64,000 bases of DNA from Candidatus Micrarchaeia archaeon (GCA_038874595.1 JAVZCB010000002.1:64001-128000); one strand, 5' to 3'. Shown: positions 36,901-45,813, counted from the stretch's first letter. A program made the numbers and translations. The notes: generated by a model not told the origin, from the sequence alone.

Positions 36901-39900
36901 ATGCCATACAAGCAGTTATATACTGTGTTTCCCCTTACCTTATTGTTAAGGCCCCCTTCTATTATGCAATATTCGCTGTTTCCATAAACTGTGTTGTAAT
37001 CAATGAAGATATCTGAACAGGATGCACTCTCGAGGTGAATACCCCTCTTAAATTGTGTTATGATATTCCTTGTGATGTTAAAGCTCTCCCCACCCGTTTT
37101 CATATAGATGCCAACACCGTTTCCTCCTGGTCCAATCAACGTGTTGTTGAAATATTTGTTGTTTGTCCCACCCTCTGAATAAATGCCATGGTACTGCGAT
37201 TTTATTGTCGTGTTAATCACACTATTGTAATCGTTGTTGGTGCCTGCCAAATATATTGAATAATAGGCCTGTGTTATGTTTGAGCTGTTTATTATATTGT
37301 TATCTGCGTTGTAAATCAGGATACCTATCAAATCCGCATAAGAAGTGTAATTCTGCAAAATGTTATTACGCGAATTGAAAGCAATTGCTACTCCTGAAGA
37401 AATTTCACTACCTATATTTGTAGAAGTATATGAATCTGTAATATTATTGTAGTTAGAGTCGTTTATGGCAAAGCCAAACTGCGTGTTCTGATACGCACGC
37501 GAGTTCCGTATTAGAGTCCTATTTGACTTATGAAGCAGAATTCCATTCAATGTGTTGTAATATGCGCTAACGTTTGAAAGCAGATTGTTGTTTGATATCT
37601 CTAAATATATGCCGTCATTATTGTTGTGTGCAATTGAGTTTGTAATTAAGTTGCGCTGCCCGCCAATAATCCTAAATCCTGCAAGCGAATTATACCGAGC
37701 TGTTGAGAGATTTAATGATACATTTACATTATTGCCCAAATGTATGCCCACAAGATTTCTTTCTGCCGTAACGTTGCTAATAGATGAATTAAAGGAGGAA
37801 TGTATTATTATCCCGTAGTTAGTATTGTTTGCAAGCAAGCTGTTCCTGAACGTGTTGTTCTCTGAGTATCCTACATAGATGCCTGTGTTTGTGTTGTTAT
37901 GTATAGTGTTATACTGCGCAATAGAGTCGTTTCCATTATTTATTGAAAGCCCGATGGAATTCTTTCTGAGGATGTTCCCTGATATATAGTTGTTGTTTGC
38001 ATTCTGTATATAAATGCCGTTCTCGCTGTTGTAAACAACATTGTTTGTAAAGTTGTTGTAGCCAGAGAAGGTTGCTATGCCTCCATAAGGTGTACAGCTA
38101 TAAACGGTATTATTATCTATCAGGTTGTAAGGTGATGATGTGTATGGTACTATGCCTGCCGCGGCATTGTATACTTTGTTCCCCCTTATGATGTTGCGGT
38201 TCGAAACATCTATGAGAATACCAACACCGCCTGAATTGCTAACAGTATTGTTTTCAACAAGATTTCCATAAGATTCAAGGTACAGCTGAATACCGTGCTC
38301 CTCGCTTGAGTCTACAGTGTTGTTAATCAGCTTGCTGTCAAAGACACCCTGTAAGAATATGCCGTTTTTATATCCGGTTATTGAACAGTTCTTAACAGTT
38401 ACATTATCCCTGTATACAGACAACACACCTATAGCATTGCTCACACCATTATTGGATATAGAATAGCCGTTGCAATCAAATTCAACATTTGAAGTGTTAA
38501 CAAAAATGCATACATTCTTGTTTACATAGGGTAGCCCTGTGTTTGGCGCACCGTATATATCATTGCGTATAGTATATCTTCCTGGCTGGTTTATTACCAT
38601 ACATATTGATGTTGTATTCTCCAAAATCCCGTATATGCTGGCTGGATTATGATTGAATAAAGAGAGCGTATTAAAGTTCACATCGGGACTTTGGTTTACC
38701 TGCGACCACACCCCGCTGCTATATTTGAACAAGCTAAACCTGTTTTCATTATAACCGCTCGTTTCCTGGTCATCCCAATGCCATACTATCTTATCTATTG
38801 AAGGGGTCCCTGAAACCGTAGATATGTCTACAAATTTCCTTCTAAATGAAACTGCATCGGTAGGCAATGCACTCGAGTTTGTTGTCCATTTTATGTAATA
38901 TTGCTCAGAGGACGGGACAACATCGTTTAGAGATAATATAGTATAATTTTGCTTTATGCCGGCAGGGCTATCTATCATCACGTTTGAAAGATTGTATGTA
39001 AGAGGGCCATTTAAAACGCGAATATCATTAGTGTTGTTGTAATAATGATCCCTGTCTACAAAAACATTTGTCGCGTTATTTATCCATAATGAGTAATATT
39101 GGTTTGTGCCTATCGTATTGTTGTAGAGAGATATGGTATTTGCCTTTGTGTTAAGATAAATACCCACATAGTTCTGCCGGCCGGTATTGTTTGCCAGTGT
39201 TGTGTTGTATGCGCTCTGGTAAATCTCATAAGCATAGTATGAGCATTTGCTTGCATTGTTGAATGCAACTATGTTGTGGCTTGAACTGTACCCTATAGCA
39301 TAGCCGTCGCGCGTAAAGTTATATGCGCGGTTCCTGAATATCTTGTTATAATTGGACGACCCTACAACAACGTAGCCATATCTGCCATTGTAGATATTGT
39401 TAAGTGAAATGTTATTGTAATGGGAAGCTGTTAAATAGACAGTATAACCATAGTTGGTATTTGTATAATTATAGAGCGTATTGTTGATAACTTTGTTATA
39501 TGAGGAGCTTGCCAATGAGATGCCATAAACATTACCACTATGCACCGTGTTATCCTGTATTGTTGTGTTCTGTGAGCTGCCTAAAGCAATCCCGTTATTT
39601 GTGGTGTAATATATCCTGTTTGACGTGATTGTGTTGTTATGGCTTGTATCTATGTATACTCCATAACGGCCAACACGATAAATGGTGTTATTATGTATGA
39701 GGTTTTTGTTTGAGGTTAAGGATACATAAACGCCATCCTGTGCTGATTGGTAAATTATGTTGCGTGTGAGATTATTGCTGGGAGATAAATACCTCACTGC
39801 CAGCCCACCTAATGTATTATTATAGAGGGTATTGTTTGTCAGAAGGTTATTCTGGGAATTATAAAATATGATTGCACCATATTGTGAGTTGTTGTAGATT

Positions 39901-42900
39901 GTATTTTTGTATATCTTGTTATTCTGTGCATTATACGTTGCAATTCCTTGCGTATAGTTAAGTACTTTGCAGTTCCTTATCGTAACATTTGACCGTGTGG
40001 AATCTACAAGTATACCAACAGCACCATTCGGTCCGAGCGTGCCATCATTTTTCACTGCGTACCCCATACAATCAAGAATAACGTTTGATGCATTAACATC
40101 TATACACGCTCTGACCTGCATCCCGACTTCTGGCAGAGAAACGAGTACTGGCGCACCAGTAACATTGTTGAATAAGATATACGTGCCAGATGAAGATATT
40201 ACTCCACAAGATGAGCCTGTGAAACTGAATAAGCCATAAACCGCTGGGAAGTTAACATTTGACAGACGTATTTGGTTGTTTGCAGTGTCCGGAGTGTTAT
40301 TGAACAAAACCCAACTGCCACTTGTATAGTTGTACCCCCATAACTCGAACGTGCCCTCATCATACCCCGGCAGCTCACTATCACTCCACGTGAATACAAC
40401 ATTGTCTATGCTTGTTGTTGTGCTGTTTATCAAGACATATTTATCTTTGAAAGAGACCCTGCCGGCTGGAGGGGACGCCGGTGCAGATGACCATTTCATA
40501 TAATACGGGATAGAGGAGGTATCTGTGAAGGACAAATTAGTGAATTTGCTTAAACCGTTTGTGGGCGAATCAAATGTTATGCCTGCGGCGGTTATTGAAG
40601 ATGAAGTATCAGGATAAAATACAAAATCAGTACTGCTCCCATTGTATATTCTCATATTTGATAAAGTAACCTGCGAAGATGTAATGTATAAGTTATGCTG
40701 GCTTGAGTGGTAAGTTGAATTTGAAATCTGGATATTATCGTCTTTTATAACCCTTAGCCCATACGCTCCAAAAGAAGCTGTGTTGTTCTTGATTATGTTA
40801 TATGATGTAAAGTGCGCAAAGTTTTGTGATATGATGTTTGCACTTGATGAGTTATAAACCGTGTTGTTTACTACTGTTATATTATAGGTGTTGTGAAGGA
40901 GGTTTATACCAACCCAGTTATTGTGTACTTTGTTATTTGTAATAATCGAATTTGATGCATTATACACTGTTATCCCATACATGTATTTAGATACGTTACA
41001 GTTCTTTACGGTTACATTTGACCGCCGTGTATCAACAAATATGCCCCCTGTGGTGCCACCAACATCTGTGTTTCTTATGAAATGGCCATCACAATCAAAA
41101 ACAACGTTTGATGCGTTTATCTCCACACACACCTTGGCGTCCATACCTAAATCGGCCAGATGTACATCAATTGGTGCACCTTCAAGGTTATTCTTTATTT
41201 TGTAGTTGCCGCTCTCGTTTATTATTATACAGGAATAAATGTCTGATGAGGTGGTATAACCACTGAACGAGGTTACATTAAACAAGACGTAATCCCCTGT
41301 GCAGGAGAGCAGCCTGCAGTTTGGGCACAAAAGGCCATATGTCAAAATCTCATTTCGTGATGTCGGGAACCCCGGCTTTTTGTATATTTTGAGCTTATTG
41401 CATGATGATGTGTTAAGTGTTATATTGGCAGGGATGTTTGTAAGTGTCGGCGCGTTTAAAGACACAAAATCTGGGGCTGCACGATAGTTAGTGGTATTTA
41501 CATCTGTGTACTGGATGTAAAAATCACCCATCTTTATCTTTCCAATCGATGAGTTATACCCCATCACCAACCCAACAAAACGTGGATTCTTCAGATAATT
41601 TACGGACCGGTTAACGAATAATGGAGATGAGGTGTTGTAAATTTGGATGTTATTGAACACAATCGCATAATCTCCTGTACCAACAAGGTAGTTTATGGCA
41701 TATAATCCATAGTTTGTTGTATTTTGTATATATGCGTTTTCTATTTTTGCAAATGTCACATTGTTAAGATATAACCCATAGCCACCACAGTTAGAGAACG
41801 AGTTGTTAAGGAATTTGTTAACCCCTTCGTACATAAATTCCCTGATGATCATACAGCTGCTCCCACACCTGTTAATTGAGTTGTTTGCAATTAATATCTC
41901 CTTTCCATACGAGACATCTGCTCCATCAATTACATCTACAAGCTGATTATTCGTAATATTAGAATAAGCAATCTCGGATAAAACAATTCCGTTTGAGTTT
42001 GATGAGAAAGTATTATTATTAAATTTAAAAAAACTTAGGGTTGTACCTGTAAGTTTTCTTGTGTTCGTAAAAGTATTATTTTCGAATTTAGATATCAAAA
42101 CGTTTGATACTACGCTCTGGCCAGCATCTACAAAACGGTTATCATAAACATCAATAGAGATTAGATTCTTTATATGTAATGCGCCTTCCATCCCCTTTAT
42201 AGTGTTGTTATAAATTTCAGTGTAAGCTAAATTCATTTCATCAGAATATGCTGTAATGCCCCATGCACAACCTCCGCATTTTCCATCTATGTGGTTATTG
42301 AATATCTGAAGAGAGTTTGGGTTCGCAACGCTTTTTAGGTAATAAATAAATATTCCACCAAGGTCTGAAATCAAAAGTGATCCTCCAAATGGGCCCTCAA
42401 TGGTATTATTATATATCGAAGATGAATGTATTGAATTTGCTAAAATAGTAATTCCTCCATTTGTATCTTTAATCGTATTGTTATATACCTTGGCATTTTG
42501 CATATCAATCATAACTATAGCTGTAGGTACTCCAAATTCTTGAGTATCTATAAACTGCTCAAAATAATTTCCACTGATATTCAAACCATCTTTTGATGAG
42601 GCAAAATAAATACTTATGGCATTTTTATAAAACGTGTTATATACAAACGTGATGTTTTCAGCAACTCCGGTTATAAAAAAACCAACACCTGTATTTGTTA
42701 CGTTATTTTTAGCGATTGTCACATTCTTTAAGGTCGTGACACAAGAAAAACAGGACTTTAGTAAATAACAGGTGTTGTTATAAAATGAGATATTCTCTAT
42801 GAGCTTATTTGATATATCCATATCTTTCAGTAAGTATGTACCGTCTTTTGCAATGTTGTTAGATATATTTGAATTAATCATATTTCGCACATAGATATAT

Positions 42901-45533
42901 CCCTTGTTATCCTGAATCTCACAGCCACTTGAATTCATAAAACGGTTCCCAATTATACGACTTTCACTAATATTTAATGCGATAATACCACTGCAGAATT
43001 CAGATTTACCTATATTTTGCACATTATTGCGGTTGATTGATACATTATACAAGTTTGAATAATACGAGAAAACAACAGAGGTTATTGTTTGAGGGAGGCG
43101 AGATGTGTTAACTAAATCAAGCGTATTCCCTGATATCTCGGAATTTGCAAGGATTTCAACTAGATAATTAACATAAACACCTATTGACGTGTTGAATATC
43201 TTATTATTTGATATGTTTATGTCCCAGAGGGTTTTCTTAAAGCTAGGGGATAATGTTCCTTCAGAAAGAGATACGCCAAAAGTACAGCTGGAAATGTTGT
43301 TTGATGATATCTCAATGTTGCTTGCTTTTGATATTTCTACAAATGATTGATAAAGCGGATCGTTTGCCGGCTGGTTTGGAGGGGGGTTTATCTTGTTATG
43401 GCGGATTATATCCTTTGTTGAATCCTGTTTATTTTCAAAAATAATTGCAGGAACGTTTTCACTAAGTAATCTCCTATTGAATTTATTATACTGAATTGAG
43501 TTCCCGCCATAATAATTCTGTATATATATCTCTAAAACTAAACTATAAAATGAGTTATTGAAGATTGTTGCGTTGCTCTCGTTTAACCATATACCGGTAA
43601 TGATGCCGTTAATGCGGTTTGAGGCAACACTTATATTTCTTGATTTTATTACATGTAAGGCCAGAATATCAACAGTTGAAAAATTAAAGACGCTGTTTGC
43701 TATAATTGATGAGTTTGTATTAACAAATTTAACACTTTCATTATTGGTCTTAAAACCAAATTGTGTGGAATTTACTATTATATATTTTGAACCCTCAGTG
43801 TATATACCTGCATTTGTGTGGCCTTCAATCAGCCCTTTTTGAATGGTTGTGTACTCAGAATTTACACTACATACTCCTCTATAGCCATAGTATGTTTGTA
43901 TAGGGATACCTCCTGTATAAACAGTGAAGTTGCTCCTATCAATAAATGAGCCCGTGCTTGAGATGATGTTTACACCACAATACTCATTTGCGAGCAATTT
44001 TGAGGTTCTTATTAAGGTATTATTGCTACTCGTGACCAAAATCCCATCATACTTATTCCTCCTTGCAATTGAATTTGTTATATTCACATCTAGGGAATTA
44101 GAAAGTGATATCCCCACCCCTCCTATCTTTGTTCCGTAAACTATTGTTCCATAAGCATTGTATACATTTGTGTTAGTTATTTCTGAGTTGTTTACATTGT
44201 CAAAAAGTATATTCACACCATACCCAGTAACCGTACAAGATGTTATTAGAATATTGCGCCTGTTCTCAGCATAAATTCCTACTGAAGTGGCATCATTTGA
44301 TGAAGATGAAATCGTATACCCATTACAGCTTAAGATTACGTTGTTTGCGTTTATGTTTATGCAATGGTTATCTGACTGCACACCTGAGATAGACCTCATC
44401 AAAACATAGGTATTGCCTTCTGTGTCAAGGTTTCCACAAAATCCAATATATATTGTTGGGTCAAGCGTAACCCATCCTTCAGGTGTGTAAAACCTCATAG
44501 ACCACTCCACACTTTCACTTGCATTTACTCTGAGGAACACTGTTTTTGACTCACCCGGACCAAGTATTACAGCATCGTAGTCCCTGCCCGCGGCCTTGGG
44601 CTTCTTCTTACTTACCTTCTCATAAATCTTAAACCCTGCTTCTGTCTTTTTGCCTCTATGCAGAGAAACCGCTTTTACTGCTTTTGCATCTGAAAATTTT
44701 GCATCATCCATCAATATTTCTACAGTGTTCTGGCTATCCATATTTTCAATATCTATTGGTACATCACAGATGTTATCATATAGACAATATACCTCCTTAT
44801 CTGCTGATATCCTTATGCTACCTGATGAAACCACCTTTTTATTATCAGCCACACTCTCTTGATAGTTTGCTGTCCTTGATAAATCAATATCTTCTGTGAG
44901 TGTATAATCATCAATCGCTGTTTGGTTTAAACCAATACCTAGTTCACTGCTGGCATTACTTAACGGCTCTTCAGGTGCCAGCCCCCAATCAATTGCACTC
45001 TCATCAGCCGTCTCATCGCTAGGAGGTTCCATCGAATTTGCTTCAGAAAAGTTGCTCTCAGGGACAGGTGGCAAAGGCTCACTTGCTATGTCCACTATAT
45101 CCACGTATAGGCCTGTTGCGTTCTGGGTTTTATCCTCATCAACCTGGATCTTGCTTATATCTGCATATATCGCATTATTGGAGGAGATATCCATCTCATC
45201 AATATCCGATTTAATATTATCAGCGTTCCATTGCTGCATTTCCTGCTGCTCTGATAAGTCTTCATTATCTGGATTATTCGCTTGCAGCGGCAGGCCAACG
45301 CTTGGCAGCACACCTGCTTCGTTTTGGGTTGAGGAGGGAGGTTGTGCTGTATCTGTATTCCATTTCGTCTGCATTTCATCCTGAATAGCAAAAGATTCGT
45401 TAGAAACATTCCCAATCTGTTGTGTATAAATGCTAAACGTATCATTAGAAAACGTCGCAAATATGCTCAGCAATGCTAAGAACAATGTTATATCTAATAT
45501 AAAAACAAAGACTGCCAAACGCCCATGCATCAA
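30945..45533 (-). CDS. Giant beta-helix surface protein, 4862 aa: six tandem modules and a C-terminal pilin-like 'A' domain
   Basis: N-terminal hydrophobic segment, acidic linker, six C..I...G.Y.L.....G...C....(A)SNV..(D)C.GY modules, linker domains, C-terminal WQRFFGNVNGSIYL...TITIYIELE. Confidence 0.85.
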   Translation of the reverse strand: MMHGRLAVFVFILDITLFLALLSIFATFSNDTFSIYTQQIGNVSNESFAIQDEMQTKWNTDTAQPPSSTQNEAGVLPSVGLPLQANNPDNEDLSEQQEMQQWNADNIKSDIDEMDISSNNAIYADISKIQVDEDKTQNATGLYVDIVDIASEPLPPVPESNFSEANSMEPPSDETADESAIDWGLAPEEPLSNASSELGIGLNQTAIDDYTLTEDIDLSRTANYQESVADNKKVVSSGSIRISADKEVYCLYDNICDVPIDIENMDSQNTVEILMDDAKFSDAKAVKAVSLHRGKKTEAGFKIYEKVSKKKPKAAGRDYDAVILGPGESKTVFLRVNASESVEWSMRFYTPEGWVTLDPTIYIGFCGNLDTEGNTYVLMRSISGVQSDNHCININANNVILSCNGYTISSSSNDATSVGIYAENRRNILITSCTVTGYGVNILFDNVNNSEITNTNVYNAYGTIVYGTKIGGVGISLSNSLDVNITNSIARRNKYDGILVTSSNNTLIRTSKLLANEYCGVNIISSTGSFIDRSNFTVYTGGIPIQTYYGYRGVCSVNSEYTTIQKGLIEGHTNAGIYTEGSKYIIVNSTQFGFKTNNESVKFVNTNSSIIANSVFNFSTVDILALHVIKSRNISVASNRINGIITGIWLNESNATIFNNSFYSLVLEIYIQNYYGGNSIQYNKFNRRLLSENVPAIIFENKQDSTKDIIRHNKINPPPNQPANDPLYQSFVEISKASNIEISSNNISSCTFGVSLSEGTLSPSFKKTLWDINISNNKIFNTSIGVYVNYLVEILANSEISGNTLDLVNTSRLPQTITSVVFSYYSNLYNVSINRNNVQNIGKSEFCSGIIALNISESRIIGNRFMNSSGCEIQDNKGYIYVRNMINSNISNNIAKDGTYLLKDMDISNKLIENISFYNNTCYLLKSCFSCVTTLKNVTIAKNNVTNTGVGFFITGVAENITFVYNTFYKNAISIYFASSKDGLNISGNYFEQFIDTQEFGVPTAIVMIDMQNAKVYNNTIKDTNGGITILANSIHSSSIYNNTIEGPFGGSLLISDLGGIFIYYLKSVANPNSLQIFNNHIDGKCGGCAWGITAYSDEMNLAYTEIYNNTIKGMEGALHIKNLISIDVYDNRFVDAGQSVVSNVLISKFENNTFTNTRKLTGTTLSFFKFNNNTFSSNSNGIVLSEIAYSNITNNQLVDVIDGADVSYGKEILIANNSINRCGSSCMIIREFMYEGVNKFLNNSFSNCGGYGLYLNNVTFAKIENAYIQNTTNYGLYAINYLVGTGDYAIVFNNIQIYNTSSPLFVNRSVNYLKNPRFVGLVMGYNSSIGKIKMGDFYIQYTDVNTTNYRAAPDFVSLNAPTLTNIPANITLNTSSCNKLKIYKKPGFPTSRNEILTYGLLCPNCRLLSCTGDYVLFNVTSFSGYTTSSDIYSCIIINESGNYKIKNNLEGAPIDVHLADLGMDAKVCVEINASNVVFDCDGHFIRNTDVGGTTGGIFVDTRRSNVTVKNCNVSKYMYGITVYNASNSIITNNKVHNNWVGINLLHNTYNITVVNNTVYNSSSANIISQNFAHFTSYNIIKNNTASFGAYGLRVIKDDNIQISNSTYHSSQHNLYITSSQVTLSNMRIYNGSSTDFVFYPDTSSSITAAGITFDSPTNGLSKFTNLSFTDTSSIPYYMKWSSAPASPPAGRVSFKDKYVLINSTTTSIDNVVFTWSDSELPGYDEGTFELWGYNYTSGSWVLFNNTPDTANNQIRLSNVNFPAVYGLFSFTGSSCGVISSSGTYILFNNVTGAPVLVSLPEVGMQVRACIDVNASNVILDCMGYAVKNDGTLGPNGAVGILVDSTRSNVTIRNCKVLNYTQGIATYNAQNNKIYKNTIYNNSQYGAIIFYNSQNNLLTNNTLYNNTLGGLAVRYLSPSNNLTRNIIYQSAQDGVYVSLTSNKNLIHNNTIYRVGRYGVYIDTSHNNTITSNRIYYTTNNGIALGSSQNTTIQDNTVHSGNVYGISLASSSYNKVINNTLYNYTNTNYGYTVYLTASHYNNISLNNIYNGRYGYVVVGSSNYNKIFRNRAYNFTRDGYAIGYSSSHNIVAFNNASKCSYYAYEIYQSAYNTTLANNTGRQNYVGIYLNTKANTISLYNNTIGTNQYYSLWINNATNVFVDRDHYYNNTNDIRVLNGPLTYNLSNVMIDSPAGIKQNYTILSLNDVVPSSEQYYIKWTTNSSALPTDAVSFRRKFVDISTVSGTPSIDKIVWHWDDQETSGYNENRFSLFKYSSGVWSQVNQSPDVNFNTLSLFNHNPASIYGILENTTSICMVINQPGRYTIRNDIYGAPNTGLPYVNKNVCIFVNTSNVEFDCNGYSISNNGVSNAIGVLSVYRDNVTVKNCSITGYKNGIFLQGVFDSKLINNTVDSSEEHGIQLYLESYGNLVENNTVSNSGGVGILIDVSNRNIIRGNKVYNAAAGIVPYTSSPYNLIDNNTVYSCTPYGGIATFSGYNNFTNNVVYNSENGIYIQNANNNYISGNILRKNSIGLSINNGNDSIAQYNTIHNNTNTGIYVGYSENNTFRNSLLANNTNYGIIIHSSFNSSISNVTAERNLVGIHLGNNVNVSLNLSTARYNSLAGFRIIGGQRNLITNSIAHNNNDGIYLEISNNNLLSNVSAYYNTLNGILLHKSNRTLIRNSRAYQNTQFGFAINDSNYNNITDSYTSTNIGSEISSGVAIAFNSRNNILQNYTSYADLIGILIYNADNNIINSSNITQAYYSIYLAGTNNDYNSVINTTIKSQYHGIYSEGGTNNKYFNNTLIGPGGNGVGIYMKTGGESFNITRNIITQFKRGIHLESASCSDIFIDYNTVYGNSEYCIIEGGLNNKVRGNTVYNCLYGIFTAGSSSTMKNNEISGSGYGLFLQSPAALTANDTHLFNNSYDFYVGSISSGSYIRINNLTIDNPLGNFVNYTTLNLTDNYDAGASYYINWSSLNGITLPKMKRVFRNKVIDIKIASGTPSIDSISWQWKDSEVSGYDEGRLQLWKRNSTGWHLLNSTPNIQQNTLSLSNHIPLSNYTILESVNCPIINESGAYLMDSNYTGAPNAADPFSGYACVKITASNVIFDCEGYSIKNSGVQDSFGMLINGSVTNVTVSNCKVDGYDYNYVSYNSNLTKLLNSTLEDSQFNAYVYIGRNITLSGLVLNNSESHSIFVSTARDVLISNNTINYSTDGAGILVYRVNSSNILNNTVDWSYAGIGIYSEANSINITKNQVYNTQIYGGIFVNNADGIIITNNSGQNNNDGIYVSQVTSSKIVNNTFSQNFGYGARVLDSRNVEINSNIFFDNFEDGFYSSNLNDSRIIKNVIYLNKKEGCVFYKGRNNTIHNNTVYTNSKDGFDFTWSSYNNITSNIAYNNTQYGFAIGSSQNNSVSNNLAYNNSIGGFNVYYESTIQIGSNNNTLVNNTAERNRQFGFFIYRSSNNKFANNTARHNVNVSFALIRSNNNTLVNSSLYNSSFLVFVNESNYNNISYNSIYNSTYDCVAFMYNSNGNLLLHNQIYNCNYHGIEVNYYAYNITIIANNISGTAVNGIDLTRSLNNTIWLNNITNAYVAISLDRVNNTNIFGNRLYANRMAGMLFLRANNNDAANNSIYLNPVGASISGSVNTSLANNTLHSSSIVGYVFENQNNSIVSNEHIYNNSYDIFINSTFSGFVINITNTSIDNPLGNYVNYTRIYLSDVIDAGTSYVINWTSQPASLPTQRSSFRGKYLRISPIEGTPSIDSIKWHWADSETVGYKEQKLELWKYNTTHGWVLLNNTPDTVSNFLSLRDVVPLSEYGILQRNDSECFKISSSGSYVLYNNITGAPYTVYLSDINKQIAVCVEINSSNVVFDCMGYSVRNNGTNSIDGSIGVLVDANRQNVTVRNCKVQNYTHGVTTYLASGNFIHNNTVFNNSQFGILLAYMSNYNNVENNTLYNNSAAGLGAYISSQYNNFTNNTAYSNLYGFYIYASNSNKIIRGKSSNNSYGVRIEYSNNNNFTLYNSSNNSYDGFYLIGSVQNIINSSIASFNSQNGIVLRDGSTDNVIRNSTFTRNTAAGISIIRDSHNSKILQNNVSFNGQGGMIIHSYNLVLSVMYTNLSGNDIYNNSQFGILIGDRSPYSYIYNNSIHHNYGDGVLTASSNNTLMLNKVYRNQGHGLYFYPSRNQTIYGNSVYNNSYGITLSYCGNSSIILNNVTQNSNAGMLIYGTESTIITNNTVRLNQEGMLFQSNSQNNFIGSNKIANNSYYGIHMVESGNNLIKNNIFENHTTNNGKSILAEFVSNITVVENVFRMNYEHIRLRNSATSNISENNMSLSYSHATNVYNSSRINVSSNRISFAVFGGGIVYELGNLSVAYRNVINNSAFGIATNSSNHSIFENNTVYNCGSGAYAGYVIYQSDNNTMRNNIGYNNNPDGVLVYMSTRSNIINNTMYSNTKNGFDVFESSYNALNNNTAYLNGEYGFILNGAVYNNVTGGKSYNNSYSGYLLIGGTNNRLVNVSSYNNTQHGVMLDGTGYNLIANSTFIDNKYSGVHFLGVSEDNFIEFNYIRNPSALYGGVYIISSVRVYANNNTVVSNTYGINSVNSNTIFLSGNNISRNTVKGIYLDQNSLTYTLSSNYICFNDNMDIENNYINGMISSSGQKDYCDYWYQWAENNHYGCEFSCSGLWQRFFGNVNGSIYLTDSEGGLSRYVYKWNDAKAVNVYFADGDSIIDWQALQAIGRDTSGGASSNDFIELDTAFSSTSFPDNINKTYSIDGTIPKETDSYAIYKRTVENVPVANSSLRPTQFKTGILWDTSDGGSEYSGTQSTVWAVKASPSPEPDTYGEYMYAAMIPYTLATYEGAGNTITIYIELE

Positions 45534-45813
45534 TTCTTATGTAATGACAAAGTTTATAAAGAATAATTTAGGTTACGCATCTTTAGATTCTATTATGATA
45601 TTATTGCAATAGATTTAATACAGTATATAGAGTTTTTTAGTACAATGTATAACATAGGTTACGTATACAACAAACAGCATGTTGGGCGGTGTTGTATGTT
45701 ATAAAAAAGGATCTTTTTCTGAAAAGCAACAGCACATCTTCCGGCCTCTTTAAGTTTTACTTTTGTGATTGAAATTAGCAAATGCTTAAAAAAAGCCAAA
45801 CTATAATTTTAGC

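Noticed and set aside
12877-45533. Type IV pilus/archaellum or diversity-generating retroelement explanation for the surface locus
   Set aside because: No class III signal peptides, ATPase or TadC-like genes; no reverse transcriptase or near-identical TR/VR pair differing at adenines was seen.
30945-45533. CRISPR array or DNA tandem repeats within the repetitive-looking giant genes
   Set aside because: Repetition is at the protein level (Asn-rich coils) with diverged DNA; no identical spaced repeats.
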